From Anaerolineaceae bacterium (GTDB taxonomy: Bacteria; Chloroflexota; Anaerolineae; Anaerolineales; Anaerolineaceae), in contig JBASOE010000112.1 in NCBI GenBank assembly GCA_049657925.1, positions 347 through 64,346 of the forward strand: a stretch of DNA of 64,000 bases. Reading direction: 5' to 3'. The notes under the pieces were generated by a model that was not told where the DNA came from, made no database searches, and saw only the letters and a list, made by a program, of their open reading frames with translations. Positions 17,609 to 25,724 of this stretch are shown here, piece after piece (position 1 is the stretch's first letter; each line of letters begins with the position of its first letter). A program made the position numbers and the translations under genes.

Positions 17609-18381
17609 AAGTCTTCCTCGGTTGGAAGTGAAAAAATTGTAGGTGAGGTCGAGCGTTGGGGTAATTCCTGATTGAAAATGAGAATAGTCTTGCCAATTCT
17701 AACCACATCACCAGGTTTAAGCATGGCGCTTTTAATCGGTTGATTATTGATATAAGTACCACCCGTGCTGCTCAGGTCGAATAGTGTATACCGTCCGCCT
17801 TGGGCTCTGAGCTGCAAATGGTCCCGGGATACCAGAGGATCTTTGATTACCAGGTCACTGGTGGTGCGGCGACCAACGTTAATCACAGCTCCTGTCAGGT
17901 TGACCTGTTCCTTGCCGTTGATGATGAAACAAGCTTGCTTGGGAAGTGCTTCGGGCGACAAACAACGTGTGATGACCTGTAAAGCTGTCGGAGAGGTGCC
18001 TTGTTCCACTTCCACCTCTGAAAAACCGGTCTTTATTTCGATCTCTTCAACATCCAAATCTGCAGTCGGAGTCAAGCTGATTTTAAGGGGTGATAGGAAG
18101 CGATAACCTTCCTCAATCCAGCTGATCTCGATCTGTTTGGCGACCTCGTCCAAAGTTGGCCGAGCTTCTTGCCAGGCATTCAAGTGTTCGGGAGAAACGT
18201 AAATATTGATCAGGTCTGGTACAGTGCCTTTCTGACCAGAACCTTCACGCAGCTTATCATCTATCATAGCCAGAAGTTGTTTGCTGAGTGTGCGAGACGT
18301 GCCTGGTGAGAGCAGGCGGTCTACAGTTCCTTCCAGCAGGTTCTGCAATTTTGATTCGAGGTTTTCGAGAAATTTGCTCAT
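17605..18381 (-). CDS. FhaA-like protein: DUF3662-like N-terminal domain plus C-terminal FHA domain
   Basis: N-terminus MSKFLENLESKLQNLLEGTVDRLL. C-terminal FHA core VGRRTTSDLVIKDPLVSRDHLQLRAQGGRYTLFDLSSTGGTYINNQ. Confidence 0.72.
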   Translation of the reverse strand: MSKFLENLESKLQNLLEGTVDRLLSPGTSRTLSKQLLAMIDDKLREGSGQKGTVPDLINIYVSPEHLNAWQEARPTLDEVAKQIEISWIEEGYRFLSPLKISLTPTADLDVEEIEIKTGFSEVEVEQGTSPTALQVITRCLSPEALPKQACFIINGKEQVNLTGAVINVGRRTTSDLVIKDPLVSRDHLQLRAQGGRYTLFDLSSTGGTYINNQPIKSAMLKPGDVVRIGKTILIFNQELPQRSTSPTIFSLPTEEDL

Positions 18382-18393
18382 GGTATGTTTGAA

Positions 18394-18402
18394 ATTATAC
18401 CA
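18394..18402 (-). promoter_or_regulatory. Extended -10 box (TGgTATAAT), 12 nt upstream of the fhaA-like ATG
   Basis: The reverse complement of 18382-18402 reads tggtataatttcaaacatacc, followed by ATG. There is no SD. Confidence 0.4.
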
Positions 18403-18477
18403 ACTTATGGATATAGCCCCACCCTGTGTCCCGCCTCATAAAAACTACACCTCACAGGTTGCATAGGTCGAACCAGA

Positions 18478-19542
18478 TCAAATTGCGTATATTGGGTTGC
18501 TAAAAATCCATCCACGATGGCGTCCGAGGTAATCGATGTAAACCTCGACGCGGTAGATGCCAGGTTCTTTGGTGATATGGGTAAGGACTTCACGGTCATC
18601 GGTTTCGCGGATGACCTTGCCATCTTTTAGCAACCGCACATGGGTGCGCAAAGGTAAACGCACCTGAAAGGTCATACCAGATTCAGCTTTGACGGTGTCT
18701 CCCATCCAGAACTGACCGTCGTTATGATTGACCGAGAAACGAAAACCTCTCGTTGAATGGGGGAGATCGTAAGCTAAGAAGAAATTGCCCTTGGATAGTG
18801 CTTCGTAAATCATGCGACGATCTGCATTAATCTCTCCGCTTAGCGGTTTGGGAACCAACAAATGATTATTAAAGGCTGCAAATTGCTGTTCGTACGGATA
18901 TACGACCTTAGAAAGTGGACCCGCGCTGACCTTGTTGGCGTGCGCGTCGTTGCCGGCAATGGCGACAACCGGTGTCTTACTCTTAGAAAGCAACTCGTCC
19001 CACAGGTGAAGACTGCGTTCAAGGGGACCCAGTGTCATATAACGCGGAAAAAGAGCGTGGAACAGCGCTTTGAGCGTTGTATCGGAGCGAGTTTTGAATT
19101 CACTCATTTGATTCCATAGTTCAATGCCCTGATAACCCTTCACATCCCAGTCCTGCCAGCTGAAAGACGCTTCGTGAAACCGAGGCAAGGGATCGTCGAT
19201 GGGGTGAGCAATAAAACTCATGCCCCCTGACGAATTCACCTGGTTGATGAGCTGCTGTGGGTTGGCAGAAAATTTTGACAATTCCCGGTTTGCATTGAAG
19301 ATTAATAGATGGTTTTTTCCTGGCTGTAATGTGGGGTCGTGGATTTCTTCTCCGACCAGTACCAGGGCGCGTTTTTTGCCTTTTTGGGCATAGCCTTCGA
19401 TTTCCTGAACCCAGACATTGTGATCAGTGACGATCACTGCGTCAATGCCGGCTTTGAGAGCTGCTTCGCCAATTGATTTATGACTTCCAGAGCCGTCAGA
19501 ATAGCGTGTGTGCATGTGTAGAGAAAGCAAGAGTTCTTCCAT
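18478..19542 (-). CDS. PHP-domain metallohydrolase (CehA/McbA-like)
   Basis: LHMHTRYSDGSGS...AVIVTDHN...AHP...GNDAH metal-ligand pattern. Confidence 0.8.
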   Translation of the reverse strand: MEELLLSLHMHTRYSDGSGSHKSIGEAALKAGIDAVIVTDHNVWVQEIEGYAQKGKKRALVLVGEEIHDPTLQPGKNHLLIFNANRELSKFSANPQQLINQVNSSGGMSFIAHPIDDPLPRFHEASFSWQDWDVKGYQGIELWNQMSEFKTRSDTTLKALFHALFPRYMTLGPLERSLHLWDELLSKSKTPVVAIAGNDAHANKVSAGPLSKVVYPYEQQFAAFNNHLLVPKPLSGEINADRRMIYEALSKGNFFLAYDLPHSTRGFRFSVNHNDGQFWMGDTVKAESGMTFQVRLPLRTHVRLLKDGKVIRETDDREVLTHITKEPGIYRVEVYIDYLGRHRGWIFSNPIYAI

Positions 19543-19549
19543 GCCTGAG

Positions 19550-19555
19550 ATTATA
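19550..19555 (-). promoter_or_regulatory. TATAAT -10 box, 7 nt upstream of the PHP hydrolase ATG (leaderless candidate)
   Basis: The reverse complement reads tgcTATAATctcaggcATG. There is no SD. Confidence 0.4.
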
Positions 19556-19572
19556 GCATTTCAATTTTTCTT

Positions 19573-19620
19573 CATGACATGATCACTTGTGAATTAAACA
19601 TGACATTTTCACTTGTGAAT
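19573..19620. repeat. Two 22-bp direct repeats, 26 bp centre to centre, each containing a TCAC-N2-GTGA inverted repeat
   Basis: CATGACATGATCACTTGTGAAT (19573-19594) and CATGACATTTTCACTTGTGAAT (19599-19620). They match at 20 of 22 positions. Confidence 0.85.
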
Positions 19621-19793
19621 CACATAGTGCAATGCGTGGCTCAAACAGTGGCGTGATTCGTGCAGATTCTGTATAATTCAAATCAGTTTGGTAAGCTATT
19701 CGTGATTTAGCCATCCCTATAATTTGCCCGACTTTGTCTTTTTTTTGAATTATTAAACAGTCCCGTTAGCCACCTCATCAGGTGAACAAAGTT

Positions 19794-20612
19794 ATGAGTA
19801 CAAACCCATTGTTGAAGAAATCGCCCACCAAATTTTTCGTTCTGGTTTATGTACTTACCATTCCATTCTGGGTCCTTAGCACAATGATAAGAGCCGAAGG
19901 ACTTCCCGATAATCTACCAATTACCGATATTGGAGCAACGTTTATTCCGTTTATCGCCGCTTCAATTCTGATATTCAAAGAGGAGAAATTTGAGGGGATC
20001 AAACGCTTATTGGCTAGAACCTTCGATTACAAGAGAGTTCAACATAAGGTATGGTTTATCCCTGTTATCTTTCTAATGCCATTTCTTGATCTCATAGCCT
20101 ATGTCGTAATGCATTTCATTGGTCTACCGGTTCCCACATCATGGCATATTCCAGCCATGACACCTGTCATCTTTCTAGCATTCTTTTTCGCTGCTGCAGG
20201 CGAAGAACTAGGTTATACAGCATACGCCATTGACCCCATGCAAGATCGATGGGGAGCGTTGAACGCCTGTTTAGTCATGGGCTTCATCCATGCAATCTGG
20301 CATTATCCGTCAATGATTGAGTTAGGTCAAACGCTGCCCCTTATGGCGTGGGGCACCCTTTTTACAGTGGGCATACGAATCCTGACTGTCTGGCTTTATA
20401 ACAACACGGGGAAAAGCGTTTTTGTTGCAATTCTCTTCCACGCCATCAGCAATACCGCGAGGAGTATTTTTCCAGGTGGTCGTCCCGCCTTCGAATTGGG
20501 CAACGCGGCAATTGGCTATTCAATTGTTGTAGTCACAGCCCTCATTGTTGTGTATTTGTGGAAATCAAAAACCTTATCCCAATATAGATTCACGGATAAT
20601 AGATTTGCATGA
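19794..20612 (+). CDS. CPBP-family intramembrane glutamic endopeptidase (CAAX protease-like)
   Basis: Motifs GEELGYT, FIHAIWH and FHAISN in a multi-TM protein. ATG 19794 lies 8 nt after aggtga. The track start, GTG 19782, is an alternative. Confidence 0.72.
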   Translation: MSTNPLLKKSPTKFFVLVYVLTIPFWVLSTMIRAEGLPDNLPITDIGATFIPFIAASILIFKEEKFEGIKRLLARTFDYKRVQHKVWFIPVIFLMPFLDLIAYVVMHFIGLPVPTSWHIPAMTPVIFLAFFFAAAGEELGYTAYAIDPMQDRWGALNACLVMGFIHAIWHYPSMIELGQTLPLMAWGTLFTVGIRILTVWLYNNTGKSVFVAILFHAISNTARSIFPGGRPAFELGNAAIGYSIVVVTALIVVYLWKSKTLSQYRFTDNRFA

Positions 20613-20725
20613 TAAGCCTGCTCCATTCCAAAAAGGTGACTAATCCACAGCGTACACCCAACTAGTGGGAGTCTCCGCGTTTTTGAGAATTTTGCGCAGC
20701 TTGAAGTTGATTCCGATAAAATGGC

Positions 20726-20777
20726 GTTATCTCGTGCTATTATCTCATGCCGTTATCTCGTGCCGTTGACGTTTGCT
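20726..20777. repeat. Three and a half tandem copies of a 13-bp unit, running into the secG promoter
   Basis: GTTATCTCGTGCT, ATTATCTCATGCC, GTTATCTCGTGCC, then GTTGACGTTTGCT. Confidence 0.85.
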
Positions 20778-20793
20778 CTCTTTTGGATATAAT
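20766..20793 (+). promoter_or_regulatory. Sigma70-type promoter of secG (TTGACG, 16-nt spacer, TATAAT)
   Basis: The -35 TTGACG is at 20766-20771 and the -10 TATAAT at 20788-20793. SD ggaggt follows, then GTG 20820. Confidence 0.6.
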
Positions 20794-20819
20794 GATAAAG
20801 TTAATTCTGGAGGTAATAA

Positions 20820-21041
20820 GTGACTAGTGCATTGAATATTTCATTGATTGTTGTTTCGCTCGCTCTAATCGTCAGCATTATGCTGCAAAGCAAAGGTGTT
20901 GGTTTAGGCGGTTTAACTGGTGGTGACTCTGGTGGTGTATACACTCAACGCCGAGGCATCGACAAAGTGCTCTTTTATGTCACCATTGCATTGAGCGTAA
21001 TCTTCTTATCGCTTGCTTTGGTCGGCGTCATCGTTCAGTAG
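20820..21041 (+). CDS. secG: Preprotein translocase subunit SecG
   Basis: 73 aa, two TM helices, with LQSKGVGLGGLTGGDSGG in between. GTG start after a strong SD. Confidence 0.85.
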   Translation: MTSALNISLIVVSLALIVSIMLQSKGVGLGGLTGGDSGGVYTQRRGIDKVLFYVTIALSVIFLSLALVGVIVQ

Positions 21042-21129
21042 TGATAACGGACGATCCGCGGCGTTTCAACAATTTCGAAATGGAGGATCAAGACGACTCG
21101 CTATCGCTGGGGGTTGTCTTTTTTTACCA

Positions 21130-22827
21130 ATGAAAAAGTTCCGCTGGCAATTGCTTATCATTCTACTAACAGGCCTGATTGTTGGCGTCATTCTGTTTCT
21201 TCAGAAGGAAACCACAACTGGACCTAACCCAGCCAGTACTCCAAGCCCTATCTCCGGAGGTATCTACACTGAGGCGTTAGTAGGTAACTTCTTGCGATTG
21301 AACCCACTACTCGAGTATCACAATCAGCCTGACCGGGATGTTAATCGATTGCTTTTTAATAGCCTGGTGAAATTTGATGCATCAGGTCTTCCACAGCCCG
21401 ATCTGGCAGTGGGATGGAATTCTTCTGAAGGGGACACCCGCTTCACATTTAGCCTGAGGACGGATGTGGTCTGGCATGACGGCTCACCTTTTAGTGCTCA
21501 AGATGTCGCCTATACAGTCCAGTTACTCAAAAGTGGCAGCGCTGTTCTCCCAGATGATTTGCGCCAATTTTGGTCGGAAGTCAACATTAATGTTCTTTCG
21601 GACGAGTTGATTGAATTTACCTTGCCCGAAGCCTTCTCACCATTCTTGGATTATCTGAGCTTTGGCATCTTGCCCGCGCATCTGCTTGGAGGTCTTGATC
21701 TGAATCAGTTAATAGACCACCCATACAATCTGGCACCAATCGGCACAGGCCCATACCGTTTCAAACAGCTGAATTTTAAGGATGGTGTGATAACTGGCGT
21801 CCAATTAGAAGCCAATGAATACTACTTTGGAGGCAGGCCGTATATTCAGGATGTTAACTTTGTCTATTTTCCAGATGAACGCGCTGCTTTTGCCGCGTTC
21901 CAGGCTGGCGAAGTGGATGGATTGGCTGGCATCGCTCCGGATCTTCTGCCTGATATCTTGGCTGACGAGAACATTAACTTGTATTCAACTCGTGAGCCCA
22001 AACTAAGCATGATATTGCTTAACCTAAATAATGATGCCAAAGGATTTCTAAAGGATCAAAAGTTCCGACGAGCGCTGATGGTTGCCCTTAATCGTCAGGC
22101 GATGATTGATCGGGTGATGAATGGACAAGCGATTCTCGCGCAGGGACCGGTTCTCACGGGCAGCTGGGCATATTATGATGCGTTGGAACCCTTCAGCTTT
22201 GATCCTGAAGTGGCGCGGCAGATACTTGCCACGGCAGAGATTGTTCCGAGCGAATCTGGAGTGGGCTTGGTCACCAAAGACGGAGTGGAAGTCTCGTTAG
22301 TTTTATTGGTTCAGAACGACCCCCGTCATCTGGCAATTGCAGAAACCATTAAGGCGAATTGGGAATCTGTTGGCATACAAACTACACTACTGGCAAAATC
22401 GCACTCTGAAATACTAAATGACCTGACTTCGCATGCATTTGACGCTGCTTTGGTAGATATCGACCTGAGTGGTACACCTGATCCTGACCCGTATCCCTTC
22501 TGGGGGCAAGCGATGATTCAAACTGGACAAAACTATGCCCAGTGGGACAACCGTACAGCTAGTAGCTATCTCGAACAGGCTCGGTTAACCCTTGATATAG
22601 AGATGCGAACCAAACTCTATCGCAATTTCCAGGTGCTTTTCCAAGAAGAGTTGCCATCACTGCCACTCTTCTACCCTATCTTTAATTACGGTGTCAGAGA
22701 CACGATTTTGGATATCAACATTGGTCCGATTTATCAAGCTGCGGATCGGTTCAACGACGTCAACACTTGGTATATCCTAACCGGAACCAATGACCCAACC
22801 CAAATTGGCATGGACCCCACAAATTAG
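21130..22827 (+). CDS. ABC-transporter solute-binding protein, family 5 (peptide/nickel type); no permease or ATPase genes adjacent
   Basis: Signal-anchor MKKFRWQLLIILLTGLIVGVILF, the VVWHDGSPFSAQDVAYT signature region, and ~565 aa. The start is trimmed from the track's 21013. Confidence 0.82.
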   Translation: MKKFRWQLLIILLTGLIVGVILFLQKETTTGPNPASTPSPISGGIYTEALVGNFLRLNPLLEYHNQPDRDVNRLLFNSLVKFDASGLPQPDLAVGWNSSEGDTRFTFSLRTDVVWHDGSPFSAQDVAYTVQLLKSGSAVLPDDLRQFWSEVNINVLSDELIEFTLPEAFSPFLDYLSFGILPAHLLGGLDLNQLIDHPYNLAPIGTGPYRFKQLNFKDGVITGVQLEANEYYFGGRPYIQDVNFVYFPDERAAFAAFQAGEVDGLAGIAPDLLPDILADENINLYSTREPKLSMILLNLNNDAKGFLKDQKFRRALMVALNRQAMIDRVMNGQAILAQGPVLTGSWAYYDALEPFSFDPEVARQILATAEIVPSESGVGLVTKDGVEVSLVLLVQNDPRHLAIAETIKANWESVGIQTTLLAKSHSEILNDLTSHAFDAALVDIDLSGTPDPDPYPFWGQAMIQTGQNYAQWDNRTASSYLEQARLTLDIEMRTKLYRNFQVLFQEELPSLPLFYPIFNYGVRDTILDINIGPIYQAADRFNDVNTWYILTGTNDPTQIGMDPTN

Positions 22828-22835
22828 GGGAGAAT

Positions 22836-23351
22836 ATGCCGGAAAACATGATTGGCTTTACTGACTTGATCGGCAGACATAACGTAAGCAAGGCAGGTGT
22901 CAGGTTTGACGCGATCGGCGCGATTGATGAAGCCAACAGCGCGATCTCGTTGGCGAAGTCTTTCTGTGAGTTGCCAGCTCGTAGAGTAACTCTGGAAAAG
23001 ACCCAACAGGAATTGTCAATGATCATGGCTGATCTGGCGGGGATGACCCAGTTCTCGTCAGCATTACCTGGAGAATCTTCTCAAATCCAGACGGCATTAT
23101 CCGAATTGGAAAGTTTTATCAGCGAACTTCAACATCAAATAACCAACCCTGGCAGATTCATATTAGGTGGCTCCAACTCATATTCCGGAGCACTCAATCT
23201 GGCACGCAGCATTGCCCGGCGGGCAGAGCGAGATGTGCTTAAATTTTACGAATCGGAAGGACCGGTTAATCCATTTATTGCTCAGTACCTGAACCGTCTC
23301 TCAATGATGCTTTTCTTTCTTGAACTCGAAGCAGAAAACAAAGCTGGTTAG
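22836..23351 (+). CDS. PduO-type ATP:cob(I)alamin adenosyltransferase-like protein
   Basis: VSKAGVRFDAIGAIDEANSAISLA and C-terminal ARRAERDV...YLNRLS resemble PF01923. The N-terminal TGDxG region is not evident. Confidence 0.55.
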   Translation: MPENMIGFTDLIGRHNVSKAGVRFDAIGAIDEANSAISLAKSFCELPARRVTLEKTQQELSMIMADLAGMTQFSSALPGESSQIQTALSELESFISELQHQITNPGRFILGGSNSYSGALNLARSIARRAERDVLKFYESEGPVNPFIAQYLNRLSMMLFFLELEAENKAG

Positions 23352-23360
23352 GGAGAGCAG

Positions 23361-24080
23361 ATGGTAGGAACCTTTATCAACGTAGGTGCCATCCTCCTTG
23401 GTGGATTGATCGGTCTTGCTTTTGGAAAACGCATTCCAAAACGTTATCATGACACCCTGATGAGTGGCATGGGGCTCTTCACCTTAGCCTATGGTGTTTA
23501 TGTATTTTCCGAAACACAGAACATTTTAGTGCCGCTCATGAGCATCGTGATCGGTACTATTTTGGGGGAATGGGCTCAACTTGAGAACAGACTCGAAAAA
23601 ATCGGGGAAAAATTACAGGGACGCTTCCAGAACGGGTCAGAGGTTGACTCGGGTGGAACAAGCCTGTTTGTGCAGGGTTTTATGACAGCCTCAGTGCTCT
23701 ACTGCACCGGTCCAATGGCAATCCTTGGCTCGATTTCTGACGGTTTGACTGGCGATTTTGAAATGTTGGCGATCAAGTCAGTGTTGGATGGATTGACTGC
23801 CGTAGCGTTTGCCTCGACCATGGGGGTTGGAGTGTTGTTCTCTGCATTGATGGTGTTGCTGTATCAGGGCGGTATCACCCTGGCAGCCATGCTACTAGGC
23901 AAGGGGTTTGACCCTGCCATTACCACTGAGATGACTGCGGTTGGTGGAATTATTCTGACAGGCATAGCAATCAGCAGTCTGTTGAACTTGAAAAAAATCC
24001 GCGTTGGCAATATGCTGCCGGGATTGGTAATCGCTGTTCTGATCGTGCTTTTATTAACGCATTTTGGCATTCAACTTTAA
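23361..24080 (+). CDS. DUF554-family membrane protein
   Basis: MVGTFINVGAILLGGLIGLAFGKRIP is a typical DUF554 N-terminus. Multi-TM, 239 aa. Confidence 0.78.
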   Translation: MVGTFINVGAILLGGLIGLAFGKRIPKRYHDTLMSGMGLFTLAYGVYVFSETQNILVPLMSIVIGTILGEWAQLENRLEKIGEKLQGRFQNGSEVDSGGTSLFVQGFMTASVLYCTGPMAILGSISDGLTGDFEMLAIKSVLDGLTAVAFASTMGVGVLFSALMVLLYQGGITLAAMLLGKGFDPAITTEMTAVGGIILTGIAISSLLNLKKIRVGNMLPGLVIAVLIVLLLTHFGIQL

Positions 24081-24083
24081 TAA

Positions 24084-24122
24084 ACAAACCGCCCGCTGAA
24101 TCTCCAGCAGGCGGTTTGTTTT
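24084..24122. terminator. Bidirectional rho-independent terminator between DUF554 (+) and the DsbA-like gene (-)
   Basis: Long interrupted stem acaaaccgcc.gctg/cagc.ggcggtttgt, flanked by an A-rich tract on the left and a T-rich tract on the right. Confidence 0.8.
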
Positions 24123-24129
24123 CGGCAGG

Positions 24130-24801
24130 TTACTGACCAAGCTTGGCTAATTCCGCGTCAATGGTTGCATCCAAAGTGTCCATATAAACCAGAGTGCCAT
24201 TCACGATAAAAGAGGGTGTGGCGTTGATATTATTGGCAAGTGCTTCGGCTCGATCTGAGTTGATTTTTGCTTGGGTTGTTGCTGATTCATAACAGATTTT
24301 GAAAGCATCACGGTCCAAGTCCACTCGACCAGCATAATCATAGAGGCTGTTGGGGTCAAATCCACCTGGGTAGCCAGCATAGGTGAAGAGTAACTTCTTG
24401 TATTGCCAAAAGGCGTTTTGATCGGCCGCACAGTGCGATGCAGCCACAGCAGGACCGGTAGTATCCCCTTCGAATGGGAAGTTGTGGAAGGTAAAGTAAA
24501 CCTTGCCAGTGTCGACATATTTCTCGACAAATGCCTCTTCGCTGTTTAGGGCAAAGATCTTGCAATGGGAGCAAGTGAAGTTTGAATACTCAACCACTTT
24601 GACAGGCGCGTTGGGGTCACCTACTGAAAAACCATCTTGTTGCGCGTAGCCTGATTTATTAAAACCCAGACGAGGCAGCAGCCATATCAAGAAAATCAGA
24701 GTCACAACAGCGACGATCGCAATAATCAATATTGATCTTATCCTTTTGCTTTGGGCGTTCTTGCTTTCCATGATTAACTCGCGTTGTGATTTCAGGTTCA
24801 T
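24130..24801 (-). CDS. DsbA-family thiol:disulfide oxidoreductase, membrane-anchored
   Basis: CxxC motif FTCSHCKIF and an N-terminal TM helix. ATG 24801 lies 7 nt after aggag. The track start at 24849 is less likely. Confidence 0.8.
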   Translation of the reverse strand: MNLKSQRELIMESKNAQSKRIRSILIIAIVAVVTLIFLIWLLPRLGFNKSGYAQQDGFSVGDPNAPVKVVEYSNFTCSHCKIFALNSEEAFVEKYVDTGKVYFTFHNFPFEGDTTGPAVAASHCAADQNAFWQYKKLLFTYAGYPGGFDPNSLYDYAGRVDLDRDAFKICYESATTQAKINSDRAEALANNINATPSFIVNGTLVYMDTLDATIDAELAKLGQ

Positions 24802-24884
24802 TGCATGACTCCTATGGACTGAATGATGGCTCAGATTTTGCCATAACAACCCTCATCTGTCCAGTTAGTTAAATTGAAGTGAGT

Positions 24885-25724
24885 TCAAATCAGATCCAGA
24901 CGGTATATCGGGATTGCCTCGCCACTTGTCTGAAAGCCGTCACGTTGGTAGAGAGCGAGGGAACGTTCGTTATTCACTTGTGTGTTAACTGTCACCTGAT
25001 TGATACCATGTTCGGCACAACGGAAGTTGAGATCTTCAAGCATTTGCCCTCCGAGCCGTTGTCCCCAAAAAGTTGGATGAACCGCCAGGCGTTCGAGATG
25101 TGCAGATCCAAAAAACGCGTTGGTCATAGAGTAAGCAACCACCTGATTCGATTTGACTCCAACGGTGGCGATGGCTGAGTGGCTGAAAGTGTGTTCGAGG
25201 CTTGCTTGATCGAGCCGCCATTCAGGTGAAAATGCCAGATTATCCACTGCCAGCACATTTTTGAAATCGCTGATTTCCATATTGCGTATGCTTAACGAAA
25301 GGACAGGGGCAGTGGTGTTCCTAATGAGTTTGGCCAGTGTGACAACCTTGGTGTCCATCCTGAAACCCGCGCTTCGTAACAAGTTGGCAAACCATTCCAT
25401 GGTCCCCGTGCTAAACAGAGATTGTGTCGCATTGCTGCGATGTTCAACGATGGTCTCCGCTAATAATTGGTCGAAATAAACTCTATGATTACCATCGCGC
25501 AAACAATGGAAAAAGCGAATCCAACCAGCTGCGGGATCTTCACGGGCAGTGCATAAGATGGCTAAAATTTCATCATCTTTTTCGAGGACATAGGTGAATG
25601 GTCCGCTTAGTCGTTCATTTTGGCCAAGCCAGTCCGGATGCGAGTAGTTCAGGTTGTTATCCCTGAGAAAAGACAAGGCATTATCAAGGTCGAATTCACC
25701 ACTATGTTGTAGATAGAGAGTCAT
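24885..25724 (-). CDS. GNAT-family acetyltransferase (two-lobed)
   Basis: C-terminal lobe LAVHPTFWGQRLGGQMLEDL...NNERSLALYQRDGF. Confidence 0.75.
   Translation of the reverse strand: MTLYLQHSGEFDLDNALSFLRDNNLNYSHPDWLGQNERLSGPFTYVLEKDDEILAILCTAREDPAAGWIRFFHCLRDGNHRVYFDQLLAETIVEHRSNATQSLFSTGTMEWFANLLRSAGFRMDTKVVTLAKLIRNTTAPVLSLSIRNMEISDFKNVLAVDNLAFSPEWRLDQASLEHTFSHSAIATVGVKSNQVVAYSMTNAFFGSAHLERLAVHPTFWGQRLGGQMLEDLNFRCAEHGINQVTVNTQVNNERSLALYQRDGFQTSGEAIPIYRLDLI

Noticed and set aside
19794-20612. CPBP protease gene as a horizontally acquired low-GC islet
   Set aside because: It looks more AT-rich by eye, but so do other polytopic membrane genes here (for example 29887-31566). That fits Phe/Ile/Leu-rich composition. 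There are no flanking repeats, tRNA or integrase.
20726-20777. Short tandem repeats as a CRISPR array or minisatellite of mobile origin
   Set aside because: The units are 13 bp and directly abutting with no spacers. There are only ~3.5 copies, and they merge into a promoter -35 box. No cas genes are present.
21089-21125. Possible secG terminator (aagacgac ... gttgtctt followed by ttttt)
   Set aside because: The 8-bp stem includes a G-U pair and encloses a 15-nt loop, which is weak for an intrinsic terminator. I did not list it as a feature; Term-seq would decide.
21013-21129. Upstream extensions of several track ORFs (21013, 4106, 39227, 40841, 44876, 45666, 28196, 24849, 63507, 31665)
   Set aside because: The extensions overlap the preceding gene or contain promoter or terminator elements. 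Internal ATGs preceded by GGAG-type SDs, or a signal peptide or lipobox starting at the internal Met, give better starts.
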